Of a DNA stretch of 64,000 nt, positions 10,771 through 20,994 are shown one piece after another (position 1 is the stretch's first letter; the number at the start of each line of letters is the position of its first letter). The notes under the pieces were generated by a model. The model was not told the origin of the DNA and searched no databases. It saw nothing but the letters and a program-made list of their open reading frames with translations. Origin of the DNA: Acidobacteriota bacterium (GTDB lineage Bacteria > Acidobacteriota > UBA890 > WLXD01); the NCBI GenBank assembly GCA_963666055.2, contig CAXWPH010000014.1, positions 480,001 to 544,000 on the forward strand, read 5' to 3'. Position numbers and translations under genes: made by a program.

Positions 10771-11922
10771 ATGGAAAGCATGCGAGCCCAATCCACAACC
10801 ATCGGACTGCTCTTGGTAACCGGCACGTTGCTCTTGGCCGCACCGGCCGAGGCCATTCCGTACTTTGCCCGCAAGTACGACGTGGGCTGTGACAGCTGCC
10901 ATTCCGTCGTGCCGAAGCTGAACACAACTGGGCTGGCGTTCCGGGCGAACGGTTACTCGCTCCCCGGATTCACCGCCCGACAGACGCTGGCGGTGGCGGC
11001 CTGGGTGAGCGGGCGCTACGAGAATCGCCCCGACGCCGATACCAGCGGCACTGTTTTCGACAAGGTCGAGCTCATCAGCGGTGGTCGGCTAGGTAGTCGC
11101 GTCAGTTACTTTGCCGAATGGCGCGCGGTGAGTCTCGGCCTGCAGGACGGAGGTGGCCTCTCGGACCGATCCGGCCGGTTCGAGGATCTGTTCGTCGGCT
11201 TCGACCTCTCCGACAGCCTAACGCTCACCGCCGGACAGTTTCGGCACTTCAACCAATTCGACGCCTCGCTCAGGTTATCGGCATCGACCCCGCTCGCCCT
11301 CGGCGGCAGCATCAGCGGGGAGCGGCAACCCGGCGACACCGACCGCCAGGCCTCCCTGCGGAGGTTCTCGCCGGCCGGCCGCTCGCCGTCGGCAATGCTC
11401 ACCTACCACGCCCCGACCGGCGGTGGCAGCAACAGCGCTGACGGCTGGTATGCGCACGCCGCCGTACCGTTCCCGGGGGAGTTCTCAATTCCGTTGACCG
11501 CCGAGGCACGGGATCGCGCCAGCTTCGAGTTCGACACCCGCGCCAAGGGAGTCGTGTTGGAGAGCTACTACCGGCATGGTCTGTCATCAATCGGCGGCCA
11601 CGCCTACCTCGGCCGCGACAGCAAGCTGTACACCGGCTTATTCAGCCTCGATCCGGGGCGGTGGAATACGACCTTTGCCATCGGCTCCGGCGTCGTGGAC
11701 GGGGTATCCGACCATCGCCTCAGCTGGTGGACCGAGTACCAGCCAGCGGCCGGATTCAACCTGGGTTACCGACTCGACGATTCCAGCTTCGGCACGGCTG
11801 CGCACCACCTCTATGCCGATTACCAGATCTTCTCGAAGCGCGGCGTATTGTGGTTCCTGGTCGAGCAGCGTTTTCGCGACGGCGCCGATCGCACGATCCT
11901 AGCGCTCAACGGAGTATTCTGA
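10771..11922 (+). CDS. Putative outer-membrane beta-barrel with an N-terminal CxxCH motif
   Basis: Signal peptide, [25 protein letters not shown], amphipathic strands, terminal Phe. Confidence 0.75.
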   Translation: MESMRAQSTTIGLLLVTGTLLLAAPAEAIPYFARKYDVGCDSCHSVVPKLNTTGLAFRANGYSLPGFTARQTLAVAAWVSGRYENRPDADTSGTVFDKVELISGGRLGSRVSYFAEWRAVSLGLQDGGGLSDRSGRFEDLFVGFDLSDSLTLTAGQFRHFNQFDASLRLSASTPLALGGSISGERQPGDTDRQASLRRFSPAGRSPSAMLTYHAPTGGGSNSADGWYAHAAVPFPGEFSIPLTAEARDRASFEFDTRAKGVVLESYYRHGLSSIGGHAYLGRDSKLYTGLFSLDPGRWNTTFAIGSGVVDGVSDHRLSWWTEYQPAAGFNLGYRLDDSSFGTAAHHLYADYQIFSKRGVLWFLVEQRFRDGADRTILALNGVF

Positions 11923-12017
11923 TCTCGCTGGTCTTCGTGTCGCAGGGTGCGAGCGCTCAGTGATTCGACCATATGGGCTCGGTCCCACCGCCGGACGAGA
12001 TCTTGAGCTCCCGATCC

Positions 12018-12821
12018 GGTACTGTCAAGTTAAGGACGCGACGCTCGGATTCGGGCAAGCTGCGGCCTGGAGCCGGGTTACCTCAGGCGGTGACGACCTC
12101 GCCCCAGGTCACAAAGGCGCGAGTCCGAAGCACCCGGTAGTTCGCAGATCGTAATCGGTGCCGGCTAAGGTTGAAGAGACTCCGGACTGCACCGTGCACG
12201 GACAGAAACCGCTGAGCTTGAGCCGCGGACTTGAACTTGCGCATCTGCCTCTCTCTTTGCCGGGTCGGCTGATGCGAGATCTCTGCTCGGTTATTCGCGT
12301 AGCGCGCCGTGACATGCTCCACCGAGGGCATCACATTCCTGTGTGCGGCCCCATAGCTTCCGAGCTTGTCGGTGATCAACCATCGAGGTTCGCTCCCCTG
12401 CCCTTTCAACAGCTTCTTGAAGAAACGTCTGGCAGCGTAGGCGTTGCGATGTCGTTGGACCAGAATGTCAATCACGTCACCATCTTGATCAACAGCGCGC
12501 CACAGATAGTGCCGCTTGCCGCGGATGCTGACGAAGACCTCGTCCAAGAACCAGGTGTCCCCGAGTCGACCTTGCCTCCGACGAAGCTTCGCTGCGTACT
12601 TGGGCCCGAACTTTGTGCACCAATACCGGATCGCCTCGTAGGAGACGATCACGCCGCGCTCGGCCAACAGGTCCTCAACATCTCGGAGGCTCAGGCCAAA
12701 GCGATGATACAGCCACACGGCGTGGCTGATGATCTCCGGAGGAAACCGGTGTCGACGGTAGCTATGCGGGATGGTGTTCATCGCCGAACTCTGCCAGCCT
12801 GCCGGTTAACTTGACAGTACC
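12018..12821 (-). mobile_element. IS6-family insertion sequence (804 bp)
   Basis: Perfect 16-bp TIRs GGTACTGTCAAGTTAA (12018-12033 and 12806-12821); no target duplication seen. Confidence 0.95.
12083..12781 (-). CDS. IS6-family DDE transposase
   Basis: RFPPEIISHAVWLYHRFGLSLRDVEDLLAERG, WFLDE, YLWRAVD, TDK, NNRAE. Confidence 0.95.
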   Translation of the reverse strand: MNTIPHSYRRHRFPPEIISHAVWLYHRFGLSLRDVEDLLAERGVIVSYEAIRYWCTKFGPKYAAKLRRRQGRLGDTWFLDEVFVSIRGKRHYLWRAVDQDGDVIDILVQRHRNAYAARRFFKKLLKGQGSEPRWLITDKLGSYGAAHRNVMPSVEHVTARYANNRAEISHQPTRQRERQMRKFKSAAQAQRFLSVHGAVRSLFNLSRHRLRSANYRVLRTRAFVTWGEVVTA

Positions 12822-12902
12822 CCTTCCAGGTACGTCCCACCAAGAAAACTCCCTTTGGATCGGGCCCGAGTGGGCTCTGGCTGTAAGCTATTGAATCTAA
12901 AG

Positions 12903-12954
12903 AGCCAGCGCGCGGATTCGAACCGCGGACCTGCTGATTACGAATCAGTTGCTC
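12903..12954 (-). other. 3' fragment of tRNA-Thr(CGT), att-site remnant
   Basis: GAGCAACTGATT-CGT-AATCAGCAGGTCCGCGGTTCGAATCCGCGCGCTGGCT; no 5' acceptor strand upstream. Confidence 0.85.
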
Positions 12955-13054
12955 CGATCGCACTATGGGGCCGCCTTCATCCGACCGATCTGGGGTGTAC
13001 GAACGGTCAATCGGTGTCGATCGTTAGATGGCTGTTAGATATCGACCCCAGACA

Positions 13055-13110
13055 CAGAAAGCCCCGGTGACGAGCACGGGGAAAAATCGCTACGCCACCA
13101 GGGCTTTTCT
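13055..13110. terminator. Stem-loop 3' of the tRNA-Met fragment
   Basis: AGAAAGCCCCGGTG...CACCAGGGCTTTTCT imperfect inverted repeat. Confidence 0.4.
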
Positions 13111-13114
13111 GAAG

Positions 13115-13156
13115 TAGCGGGGGCAGGATTCGAACCTACGACCTTCGGGTTATGAG
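13115..13156 (-). other. 3' half of initiator tRNA-Met(CAT), att-site remnant
   Basis: CTCATAACCCGAAGGTCGTAGGTTCGAATCCTGCCCCCGCTA; begins at the anticodon loop, about 160 bp after the integrase stop. Confidence 0.88.
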
Positions 13157-13315
13157 TCTGTTTGGGGCGTTTGCGGCTCATTCCTTCTCGTTCGAGATAA
13201 GTTGATAACCTTCGTGTTGTCAGCAGGTTACAGGTTACCTGTCTTCCATCTGATTCCCGCTGATTCTTGCCGCTTCGGCTCCGTCCGTGGCATTTCGCGG
13301 CATGACCAGGGCCAC

Positions 13316-14497
13316 TCAGGCACCTCCTTCGAGGACATCGGACCGGCGACGCTTCGTCGCGCGGATCGCCTCTTGCAAGCGTCCCATTGCGCGGTCGCTG
13401 GTCTCTTCGAAGCAGTGCCCGTAGACATCGAGCGTGAAGGAGGCACTTGCGTGGCCGAGCTGGCGGCTCACGTATTTGATGCTCTCGCCATTGTCGATCA
13501 GCAGCGACGCGAAGGTGTGCCGCAGGGAGTGCAGGCCGATCGAGTTCCGTAGGCCGGCACGCTCCCGCAGCTTCGCCCAGACGCGGGTGTTCCAGTTGTC
13601 GGGGTCGACCGGGGTGCCCTTCGGTGTGCGGAACACGTAATCGTTGGAGCCGGCGCTGTCCGTGTCGCGCAGATGCTCAAGAGCGGCGAGCACGTCTCGT
13701 GGTGCGTCGACGGTGCGGGCGCTGCCGCTTGTCTTGGGCGTAGACACCTCGCCCGCCGACAGTGCGCGGCGCACGTGGATCCGGCCACCGTTGCCGTTGT
13801 TGCCAGCTTCGATGTCACGGTGTTTGAGCGCGAGTATTTCACCGCGGCGTAGCCCACAGTACAGCGCTAGATGAACCGCGGCCGATTCCTCGGGCGTTGC
13901 GCACGCCTCGAGCAGCGCGGCCATTTCTTCGTGCTGCAGGAAGTCACGACGGGACGCGCGGCGGTCGGCCCGGTCGACCTGCATCCGCTTGATGCCGAGC
14001 ATGGGATCGTGCTTGAGGAAGCCCTGCGCTGGCTCCTGCGCCCACGTCAGGACTTGCCGGAGCAGACCAAGCAGATTGTTGAGCGTCTTCTTGCTCATCT
14101 CACCTTCACCGACCTTCGCGGCCAGTTCCTTCCGCCACGCGGCGACCGCGGTCGGTGTGAGCCTGTCGGAAGGGCAGTCGCCAAACGCGTCAATGAAGTG
14201 CTTCTCGACAATGTTGCGATAGGTCCGGGCCGTGCTCGGCTTCATGCGGTCGCCAGTGGCAAGGCGAACGTCGAGCTCGTCGGAGAGCCACGTCTTGAAG
14301 ACTTTCTTCATCGGCGCCGGCTGAACCTTGCGGAAGGTTCCGTCTCGGAGCTGGCCGCACGTCTTGTCGAGGAAAGCCTCAGCGTCCTTCTTGCGGCGAA
14401 ACGTCTTCGTGCGGTGATCGCCTTCAGGGGTTCGATATCGGCAGTCATAGCGCTTGGTGCCGTCTCGCAGGATGCGCGTGCGGATGATTCCTCTCAT
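13316..14497 (-). CDS. Tyrosine integrase
   Basis: Arm-binding N-terminus, GLRRGEILAL, PKT, HSLRHTFAS, LGH..YGH. Confidence 0.95.
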   Translation of the reverse strand: MRGIIRTRILRDGTKRYDCRYRTPEGDHRTKTFRRKKDAEAFLDKTCGQLRDGTFRKVQPAPMKKVFKTWLSDELDVRLATGDRMKPSTARTYRNIVEKHFIDAFGDCPSDRLTPTAVAAWRKELAAKVGEGEMSKKTLNNLLGLLRQVLTWAQEPAQGFLKHDPMLGIKRMQVDRADRRASRRDFLQHEEMAALLEACATPEESAAVHLALYCGLRRGEILALKHRDIEAGNNGNGGRIHVRRALSAGEVSTPKTSGSARTVDAPRDVLAALEHLRDTDSAGSNDYVFRTPKGTPVDPDNWNTRVWAKLRERAGLRNSIGLHSLRHTFASLLIDNGESIKYVSRQLGHASASFTLDVYGHCFEETSDRAMGRLQEAIRATKRRRSDVLEGGA

Positions 14498-15168
14498 TTC
14501 GCGCCTCCCCTGCGCTTCTGGGTCTTGATGTTCGGATTGCCGGTGGCTCGACGCACGCGGCGCTGGTGCTCCTCCGCGTAGTCGCGCCTGCGGTCGCGCG
14601 CGAAGTTGCGGTGCCGGCAGGTGGGTTCGTGGTAGAGCTGTCGCTTGTCTCGGGGCAGAAACCACGCCACGCACACGTCGTACCTGCACCGGCGCAGTTG
14701 AGGCCACCACTGAATAATTAGGTCGGACGCCGCAGCCAAGAGAAGGGCTTCGACTGGAGCGCCTTCGTACCAGCGCCGTAGCGTCCCGTCCTCTTGACGC
14801 TCTAGCGCCCATCCAACGCGGCGGTCGACGGGCTCGCCCCTAGCCCACACAGTTTCAGATACGGACCACCTCTTGTCAGTCGCCAGCTGCTCCATGCCTC
14901 GCTTCAATGTGGCCTGGAACCGGGCCAGCACTTTGTCCCGCCAGACTTCTCCTTCGCTTGGCGCGGTGAGAACGTCGTTCGAATCTGCGGTTGGACCCAA
15001 TAGATAGCGCTCGACATCGGTGCAGAGATCGAGCATCTCTCCGCGGCGAAGTGTCGTTATCCGCCCATCACCGCCAAAGGCGATTTCCTGTTGCAGGAAG
15101 TCCAACAGCCACCTAATTCCCTTCGGGTCGGCCTCGTTCACGTCGATAAACCTCGCAGGGCTGTACAC
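14494..15168 (-). CDS. Hypothetical protein with a C-terminal CGNR-like zinc finger
   Basis: LRRCRYDVCVAWF..LYHEPTCR; ATGA overlap with the integrase. Confidence 0.65.
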   Translation of the reverse strand: MYSPARFIDVNEADPKGIRWLLDFLQQEIAFGGDGRITTLRRGEMLDLCTDVERYLLGPTADSNDVLTAPSEGEVWRDKVLARFQATLKRGMEQLATDKRWSVSETVWARGEPVDRRVGWALERQEDGTLRRWYEGAPVEALLLAAASDLIIQWWPQLRRCRYDVCVAWFLPRDKRQLYHEPTCRHRNFARDRRRDYAEEHQRRVRRATGNPNIKTQKRRGGAK

Positions 15169-15270
15169 GGCAACACAACTAGCATCTTATACATATATAT
15201 CTGTTGACGTAATGTAATTTAGTTCGTCAACGCATCAATCTATTATTTGTTGCCGTGCCTCTATAATAAA
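15166..15270. promoter_or_regulatory. AT-rich divergent control region
   Basis: Inverted repeats CACGGCAACA/TGTTGCCGTG and GTTGACG/CGTCAAC, plus TATAAT, between divergent genes. Confidence 0.55.
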
Positions 15271-15317
15271 TAGGCGCGAGAGAGAATCTGTGAACCCAGA
15301 CCTGAGGGAACAGCGGA

Positions 15318-15551
15318 ATGACTCGCATCGAATTCGAGCGACGGCGCCGAGGGTGGACCCAGACAACACTCGGCTATCACGCCCGCATGACGCAGAGCGA
15401 TGTGTCGCGGATCGAATGTCGACGATTCCACCCCACACGGCTCTACCTTGGGCGGATTTCTCATGCGCTCGGAATACCGGCCGATGAGCTTCTTGACGAG
15501 GTGAAGGAGGACAGCACGACCGCAGCGAGGGTGGGCCATGCCGCTCCCTGA
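15318..15551 (+). CDS. XRE-family HTH regulator
   Basis: RRRRGWTQTTLG..MTQSDVSRIE..ISHALG. Confidence 0.85.
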   Translation: MTRIEFERRRRGWTQTTLGYHARMTQSDVSRIECRRFHPTRLYLGRISHALGIPADELLDEVKEDSTTAARVGHAAP

Positions 15552-15741
15552 GCCTCTTCTCGACGTCGCGGCAGTGAGCGATCTGCTGGGCGTGCCGAGG
15601 TCGTGGATCTACGCGGCTGTCGAACACGATCCGCCACGTCTTCCGTATTACCGGGTGGGGAGATACATCAAATTTCGGGCCAGCGAGATCGAAATGTGGA
15701 TACGAGCCCGAGGACGGGGGAACGACCATGGACGCGCATGA
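15538..15741 (+). CDS. Excisionase-like HTH_17 protein
   Basis: LLDVAAVSDLLGVPRSWIY..LPYYRVGRYIKF..EIEMW. Confidence 0.88.
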   Translation: MPLPEPLLDVAAVSDLLGVPRSWIYAAVEHDPPRLPYYRVGRYIKFRASEIEMWIRARGRGNDHGRA

Positions 15742-15949
15742 CGCCTCGCCGCTGCAGCGCCCTCATCGAAGCAGCGGAGCGCGCTTGACGCGCCGGAGGT
15801 ACCAGGCGTGCGGCGCGGTGAACGTCACGGTGGGCCCCGAGTCCCGGCCGTTGTTCGCCCTGCTGCGGTGCCACGCGTGCGGGCGGGCCACCTGGGCCCA
15901 GCCTGCGTGGCCACCGCGGTGGTGGGACCCGTCGGGTGAGGGAACGTGA
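15728..15949 (+). CDS. Small putative zinc-ribbon protein
   Basis: ACG..CHACG; overlaps both neighbours. Confidence 0.45.
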   Translation: MDAHDASPLQRPHRSSGARLTRRRYQACGAVNVTVGPESRPLFALLRCHACGRATWAQPAWPPRWWDPSGEGT

Positions 15950-18156
15950 GCGTCCGGAACGTGAGCGTCGAGGTCGACGTCGCCAGTGTCGCCGAGGTTT
16001 TCGGCGAGTTCACCGACGAGCAACGGTGGGTCTGCTGGCGGGCGGAAGATCGCGGAGGCAGGCCGACCAAGGTCCCCTACCAGCCGGACGGGCGCCGGGC
16101 GTCTTCGACCGATCCCACGACGTGGTCGACCCTCGACGACGCGGTCCAGGCACATGTCCGCGAAGGGTACTCCGGTATCGGCATCGTGCTCGGGCGCGGG
16201 CTCGGAGGGGTTGATCTCGACGCGTGCCGCAACCCGGAGACGGGTGAGATCGCTGGGTGGGCGCGGGGGGGCATTCAGGAGTTTCACAGCTACACCGAGA
16301 TCAGCCCCAGTGGTACGGGGGTCAAGATCCTCGCGCTGGGTGCACCGGCCGCGTTGCCGGCCTCGGTGCTGCCGATGCCCGGCGAACCGATCGACGGCAA
16401 ACGTCCAGCGCTGGAGGCGTACGTCTCGGGCCGCTACTTCGCGCTCACGGGCAATGCCGTCAACGGCGGTGGCATCGCGGACGCCGGCGAGGCCTGGGGC
16501 CGCCTGAGCGCCAAGCTGGCAGAGCACGCCGTGCGCAACGGCGGGGGCGCCCGCCGGGAGCGCGAACCCACCGGCTCAACAGAAATCCCCGAGGAGCTGT
16601 GGCCCGCCCTGGAGGACGAGACCACCGCAGCCGGCCGGCTCTGGCGAGGTGAAAAGGACGGAGGGGACAAGTCCGGATCCGGGCTGGACGCGAGCCTCGC
16701 AGCAACGCTCGGCGCGATGGGGTTCCCCGACAAGGCCATCGAGGCCGCGCTGAGGAGCTACCGGCACGGGCAGGTTTCGGCGACCCAGGACGACCGGCAG
16801 GTGGCGCGCCTGCTGGGGATCGCCGCCCGGGCACGTGGAGAGCGGTCCGAGGATCACGGGCTCAGCCACGACGGCCTGGCGCTGGAGCTGGGTGACGCTT
16901 GGCCCGACGCCCGCTACGTGGCCGCGTGGGGGCGATGGCTGTTCTGGGATGGGGCTCGCTGGGCGCCGGACAAGACCCTGCTGCATATGACGCGATGCCG
17001 TGACTTCTTGCGACACAAGGCCGAGCGCAAGGCCAAGGGCGACAAGCTCCGGAGCGCCCACACCATCGCTCAGGTGATCGGGCTCGCGCGCAGCAACGCC
17101 AACCAGGCAGCCGACGTCGGTCAGTGGGACCGCGACCAGATGCTGCTCGGCACGCCGGGCGGCACCGTCGACCTGCGTACTGGCGAGCTGCGAGACCCGC
17201 GACCAGACGACTACATCACGAAGGTGACCGCCGTCGAGCCCGCGCCACCCGGGACGCCGACGCCCATATGGGACACGTTCCTCCGCCGCATCATGGCGGA
17301 GGACACGGACCTGATCGGGTACTTGCGGCGGTTCGCCGGTTATGCGCTCACCGGCAGCATCGAGGAGCATGCTTTCGTCTTCGGCTACGGGACCGGCGCC
17401 AACGGCAAGGGCGTGTTCACCGGGACAGTACAAGGCGTCCTCGGCGACTACGCCAACACTGTGCCGACCGAGATGCTGATGGTGACGCGAAACGAGCGCC
17501 ACCCGACTGAGCTGGCGCGGCTTGGGGGTGTGCGCCTTGCGATCGGTTCCGAGACAGAGGTCGGCAGGACCTGGGCCCAGGGGCGTATCAAGTCGCTCAC
17601 CGGCGGCGACCGGATCGCGGCGCGGTTCATGCGGCAGGACTTCTCCGAGTTTGACCCGACGTTCAAACTGTTCATCGTTGGCAACCACAAGCCGTTCCTG
17701 CGCGGCGTGGACGAGGCCATCCGACGCCGGCTTCACCTTGTGCCGTTCATTGTCAAGATCCCGGCCGCCGAGCGGGACCCGAAGCTGTCCGAGAAGCTCC
17801 GCGCCGAGTGGCCGGGGATCCTACGCTGGGCAATCGACGGCTGCCTCGAATGGCAGGAACGGGGGCTTGATCCACCGGGGGCTGTTTTGGCGGCGACCGA
17901 CGAGTATCTCGCCGGCGAGGACACTGTGGGCCGTTGGCTGGAGGAGCGCGTCACGGAGAATCCCCAGCGCTGGGCATCGTCCGCAGATCTCTACGAGAGC
18001 TGGCGACAGTGGACCGAGACCGCCGGCGAGTTCTTGATTTCTAAGAAACGCCTCAGCCAGCAGCTACAGGATCGCGGCTTCGAGCCCCTCACGCGCTCCA
18101 ACCAGCGCGGATATCGCGGGCTGATGCCAGAGCCCGGGGGAGGGCCAGAATCATGA
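15946..18156 (+). CDS. P4-family primase-helicase (primpol + D5_N + SF3)
   Basis: KVPY..DPTTW, VDLD, EISPSGTG, GTGANGKG, IKSLTGGDRIAARFM, DEAIRRR. Confidence 0.93.
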   Translation: MSVRNVSVEVDVASVAEVFGEFTDEQRWVCWRAEDRGGRPTKVPYQPDGRRASSTDPTTWSTLDDAVQAHVREGYSGIGIVLGRGLGGVDLDACRNPETGEIAGWARGGIQEFHSYTEISPSGTGVKILALGAPAALPASVLPMPGEPIDGKRPALEAYVSGRYFALTGNAVNGGGIADAGEAWGRLSAKLAEHAVRNGGGARREREPTGSTEIPEELWPALEDETTAAGRLWRGEKDGGDKSGSGLDASLAATLGAMGFPDKAIEAALRSYRHGQVSATQDDRQVARLLGIAARARGERSEDHGLSHDGLALELGDAWPDARYVAAWGRWLFWDGARWAPDKTLLHMTRCRDFLRHKAERKAKGDKLRSAHTIAQVIGLARSNANQAADVGQWDRDQMLLGTPGGTVDLRTGELRDPRPDDYITKVTAVEPAPPGTPTPIWDTFLRRIMAEDTDLIGYLRRFAGYALTGSIEEHAFVFGYGTGANGKGVFTGTVQGVLGDYANTVPTEMLMVTRNERHPTELARLGGVRLAIGSETEVGRTWAQGRIKSLTGGDRIAARFMRQDFSEFDPTFKLFIVGNHKPFLRGVDEAIRRRLHLVPFIVKIPAAERDPKLSEKLRAEWPGILRWAIDGCLEWQERGLDPPGAVLAATDEYLAGEDTVGRWLEERVTENPQRWASSADLYESWRQWTETAGEFLISKKRLSQQLQDRGFEPLTRSNQRGYRGLMPEPGGGPES

Positions 18157-18157
18157 G

Positions 18158-18300
18158 CGTACGCGTCGTACGGGTGCGCCGGTTTCGGACGCATGCCCGA
18201 GAATACCTATCGTACGGGTGCCCCCTTTTTGGACGTATAGCTATCCGGCATAACGCGCGCGCGCGTTACGTCCTATATAGGGGGACGTGTACGACGCGTA
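18158..18300. repeat. Putative replication origin 1
   Basis: TCGTACGGGTGC twice, 12-bp inverted repeat TACGCGTCGTAC/GTACGACGCGTA, 18-bp palindrome TAA(CG)6TTA. Confidence 0.55.
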
Positions 18301-18448
18301 TCGGCCGGGTCGGTGCTCATACGGGCGTTACGGCGGCCGCTCCCGCCCCTCCTTCCTCGCATTCTTCCGCGTACGGCTCGACCCGCGCGCCGGGCTCGTC
18401 GAGCATCTGCGAGCCGCGGCATTCCGTGGCATGGAAGCTTGAAAGCCG

Positions 18449-19018
18449 TTGAATGATAGGGACTTACAAGAGCAAGTTAGGGTGACAGCCCGAAGGTCAA
18501 GCGAGGCATCCGGGGGGCAAGCTCGGCCGTTTCGAGAACTCGACACCGATGGCACCGAGTCGGCCCGTGCTGTCAGCACCGCGCTCGAGGCCGTACAGGA
18601 GCGTCCAGACCGGGACCCGAAGACGGGGCAATTCGTAAAAGGCAATCAGGTAGCCGGGCGCTCGAGATGGCCGGCACGCTCGGAGGCGTTTTGGTCCGAG
18701 GTCTCCGCCGCGAAACGTGAACTCGCCGAGCGGGTGCTCACCGACCTAGGCGCGGACGATGGCGCCGCGGCGGAGACGCTCGTCGGCGTCGCTGACGGGT
18801 ACGCCGAAGCTCGGGTCCTACGACACGCGATGTTTCTTCGTTTGATCGAGCTGGGCGGACCGGTGACCACGAAAGGCAAAGCCCGCGCTCTGTTCTCGTC
18901 GTACCTACAAGCGCTCGATCGCGAGACGCGGCTGGCGCAAACGCTCGGCCTCGAGCGCAGGGCGAAGGCTGTCTCGCTGGCCGATGCGATCAATGATCGC
19001 CAAAAGGCGGGAACGTAG
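18449..19018 (+). CDS. Putative terminase small subunit-like protein (start uncertain)
   Basis: RDPKTGQFVKGN motif, helical, directly upstream of TerL. Confidence 0.55.
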   Translation: MNDRDLQEQVRVTARRSSEASGGQARPFRELDTDGTESARAVSTALEAVQERPDRDPKTGQFVKGNQVAGRSRWPARSEAFWSEVSAAKRELAERVLTDLGADDGAAAETLVGVADGYAEARVLRHAMFLRLIELGGPVTTKGKARALFSSYLQALDRETRLAQTLGLERRAKAVSLADAINDRQKAGT

Positions 19019-19022
19019 GCGG

Positions 19023-20624
19023 ATGAGCGGTGCACAAGAGTACACGCCGCGTGAGTTCCGGTCCTTGTGGCCGGAGTTCGACGCCGACTCATGGGCACCG
19101 TGGGCCTCGGTCGAGGACGCCATGTTTGGCGTCGAGCCGGAGGACACCGAACTGGTGCGGCGCATCACCGGCCGCGAGCGCGTGCCATCCGACCCCGTCA
19201 AAGAGTTCTGGGCAATCGTCGGCCGCGGTGGGGGCAAGTCGCGCTTCTGTGCTCGGCTCGCTGTCTACTTCGCCTGCGGACGCGCCTACAGGCGCGTCCC
19301 TGGCGAGCGGATCTTCATCGGCATCTTCGCGCCTGATCGAAAGCAGGCGGGCGTCATGTTCCGCTACGTGCTCGGCTTACTGCGCGCCGTGCCGGCTCTC
19401 GAGCGCATGGTTCGCCGCTCCCTGCGCGAGAGCGTCGATCTTGACAATGGCGTCACCATCGAAGTCATCACCGCCTCCAAGGCGGCGCCGCGCGGCCGCT
19501 CTTACGCATTGGCAATCGTCGAAGAGGCCGCGTTCTTGCCCGCTGACGACGCTACCGACCCAGACAAGGAACTGCTGCGTGCGCTACGGCCCGCTCTCGC
19601 TCGCGTGCCGGGGTCGGTGCTTGCGGTTGTATCGAGCCCCTACGCACGCCGGGGCGAGCTGTGGCGGACCTGGAAGGAGCGCTTCGGCAAGGACGACTCC
19701 GATTCCGTGCTCGTTGTGCAGGCCGATACGCTGACGCTGAATCCGGCTTTCGACGAGCGGGAGATCGAGCGCGCATACGCCGAAGACCCCGTTGCGGCTT
19801 CTGCGGAGTACGGTGCCCAGTTTCGAACCAACGTCTCAGGCTTCATCTCGCGTGAGGCTGTCGAGGGCTGCACGGTGCCCGGCCGGCGTGAGCTGCCACC
19901 GGTGCAGGGGGTCAGCTACACCGGTTTCGTTGACTTTGCGGGTGGCTCCGGGCAGGACTCCGCTACGTTGGCGATCACGCACCTCGAGTTCCGCGAAGAG
20001 CGCAGCATGGGCGTCCTCGACTTGGTGCGAGAGGTCCGGCCGCCGTTCTCTCCGGAGCAGGTGTGTCGCGACTTCGCCGGCGATCTGAAGCGCTACCGGG
20101 TCACCCGCGCGACAGCCGATCGCTACGCTGCCGACTTCGCGACAGAGGCGATGAGACGGCAGGGGATCGACCTCAAGGCGGCAGACAAGGCGAAGACCGA
20201 TCTGTACCGTGAGTTCTTGCCCGCACTCAACAGTGGCGGCATCGAGCTGCTAGATCTGCCGCGACTAGCAGCCCAGCTCGGTGGCCTCGAGAGGCGTGTG
20301 GCCCGTGGTGGCCGCGACAGCATAGATCATGCTCCCGGCGGCCACGATGACGTCGCCAACGCTGTCGCCGGTGCGCTGGTTGCGATAGCGGAAGGGAAGC
20401 GCCGGCGCTGGGGCATCGTCCTGAGCGCAAGAGAGACCGCCGCGACGGGTTGCGCCGATACGAGCTCGCTCGCCGAGCGCGCACGACAACTCGGCGTCAG
20501 TGGCAGTTGGGATGAAATGTTCCGCGCCGTGGCACGTGCCCACGGGGGCGAGCAACAGCAGGCCGGAAGCTCGGCAGAAGAAGAATTCATCCCCGGCGGA
20601 CCGCAGCGCATCGGGATGCTCTGA
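19023..20624 (+). CDS. Terminase large subunit
   Basis: Walker A GRGGGKS, Walker B IVEEAAF, VSSP, nuclease motifs VDFAGG..DS and HDDVANA. Confidence 0.88.
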   Translation: MSGAQEYTPREFRSLWPEFDADSWAPWASVEDAMFGVEPEDTELVRRITGRERVPSDPVKEFWAIVGRGGGKSRFCARLAVYFACGRAYRRVPGERIFIGIFAPDRKQAGVMFRYVLGLLRAVPALERMVRRSLRESVDLDNGVTIEVITASKAAPRGRSYALAIVEEAAFLPADDATDPDKELLRALRPALARVPGSVLAVVSSPYARRGELWRTWKERFGKDDSDSVLVVQADTLTLNPAFDEREIERAYAEDPVAASAEYGAQFRTNVSGFISREAVEGCTVPGRRELPPVQGVSYTGFVDFAGGSGQDSATLAITHLEFREERSMGVLDLVREVRPPFSPEQVCRDFAGDLKRYRVTRATADRYAADFATEAMRRQGIDLKAADKAKTDLYREFLPALNSGGIELLDLPRLAAQLGGLERRVARGGRDSIDHAPGGHDDVANAVAGALVAIAEGKRRRWGIVLSARETAATGCADTSSLAERARQLGVSGSWDEMFRAVARAHGGEQQQAGSSAEEEFIPGGPQRIGML

Positions 20625-20625
20625 A

Positions 20626-20994
20626 ATGACGAAGGCGCATGCAACGCTGTCGGCCAGCATAGGCTCACCGGCGAAGAAGTCGCCGCACGTGTTGAAAGCG
20701 GCGTTGAAGGGCATTCTGTCGCGACCCACGCGCTGGCACCTGCGCCGGGTCGGCAAGTTCCCGGAGCCGATCAAGGCGACTGCCGAGCGCTCCCTGCACT
20801 GGGCCACAGACATCAACGCCTGGATGGATGACCCGCGGGAGTGGGGCGCGGAAACACGGGCGGGGGACTTCGTGAGTCGCCCTCGTCGCGGCGGATGGTT
20901 GGTAACTTGCCCGTGCTGCGGGGCGAACGAGGGGGCGGAGTTCGCGGACATTTGGGCAGGCGCAGAACTGAGCTCTTCTGCGAGGACGCAATGA
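20626..20994 (+). CDS. AlpA-like DNA-binding protein with a CPCC extension
   Basis: LSRPTRWHLRRVGKFPEPIK..W..DINAW; ATGA overlap with the primase. Confidence 0.65.
   Translation: MTKAHATLSASIGSPAKKSPHVLKAALKGILSRPTRWHLRRVGKFPEPIKATAERSLHWATDINAWMDDPREWGAETRAGDFVSRPRRGGWLVTCPCCGANEGAEFADIWAGAELSSSARTQ

Noticed and set aside
12903-13156. Functional tRNA-Thr and tRNA-Met genes
   Set aside because: 5' portions are missing, so no cloverleaf can form.
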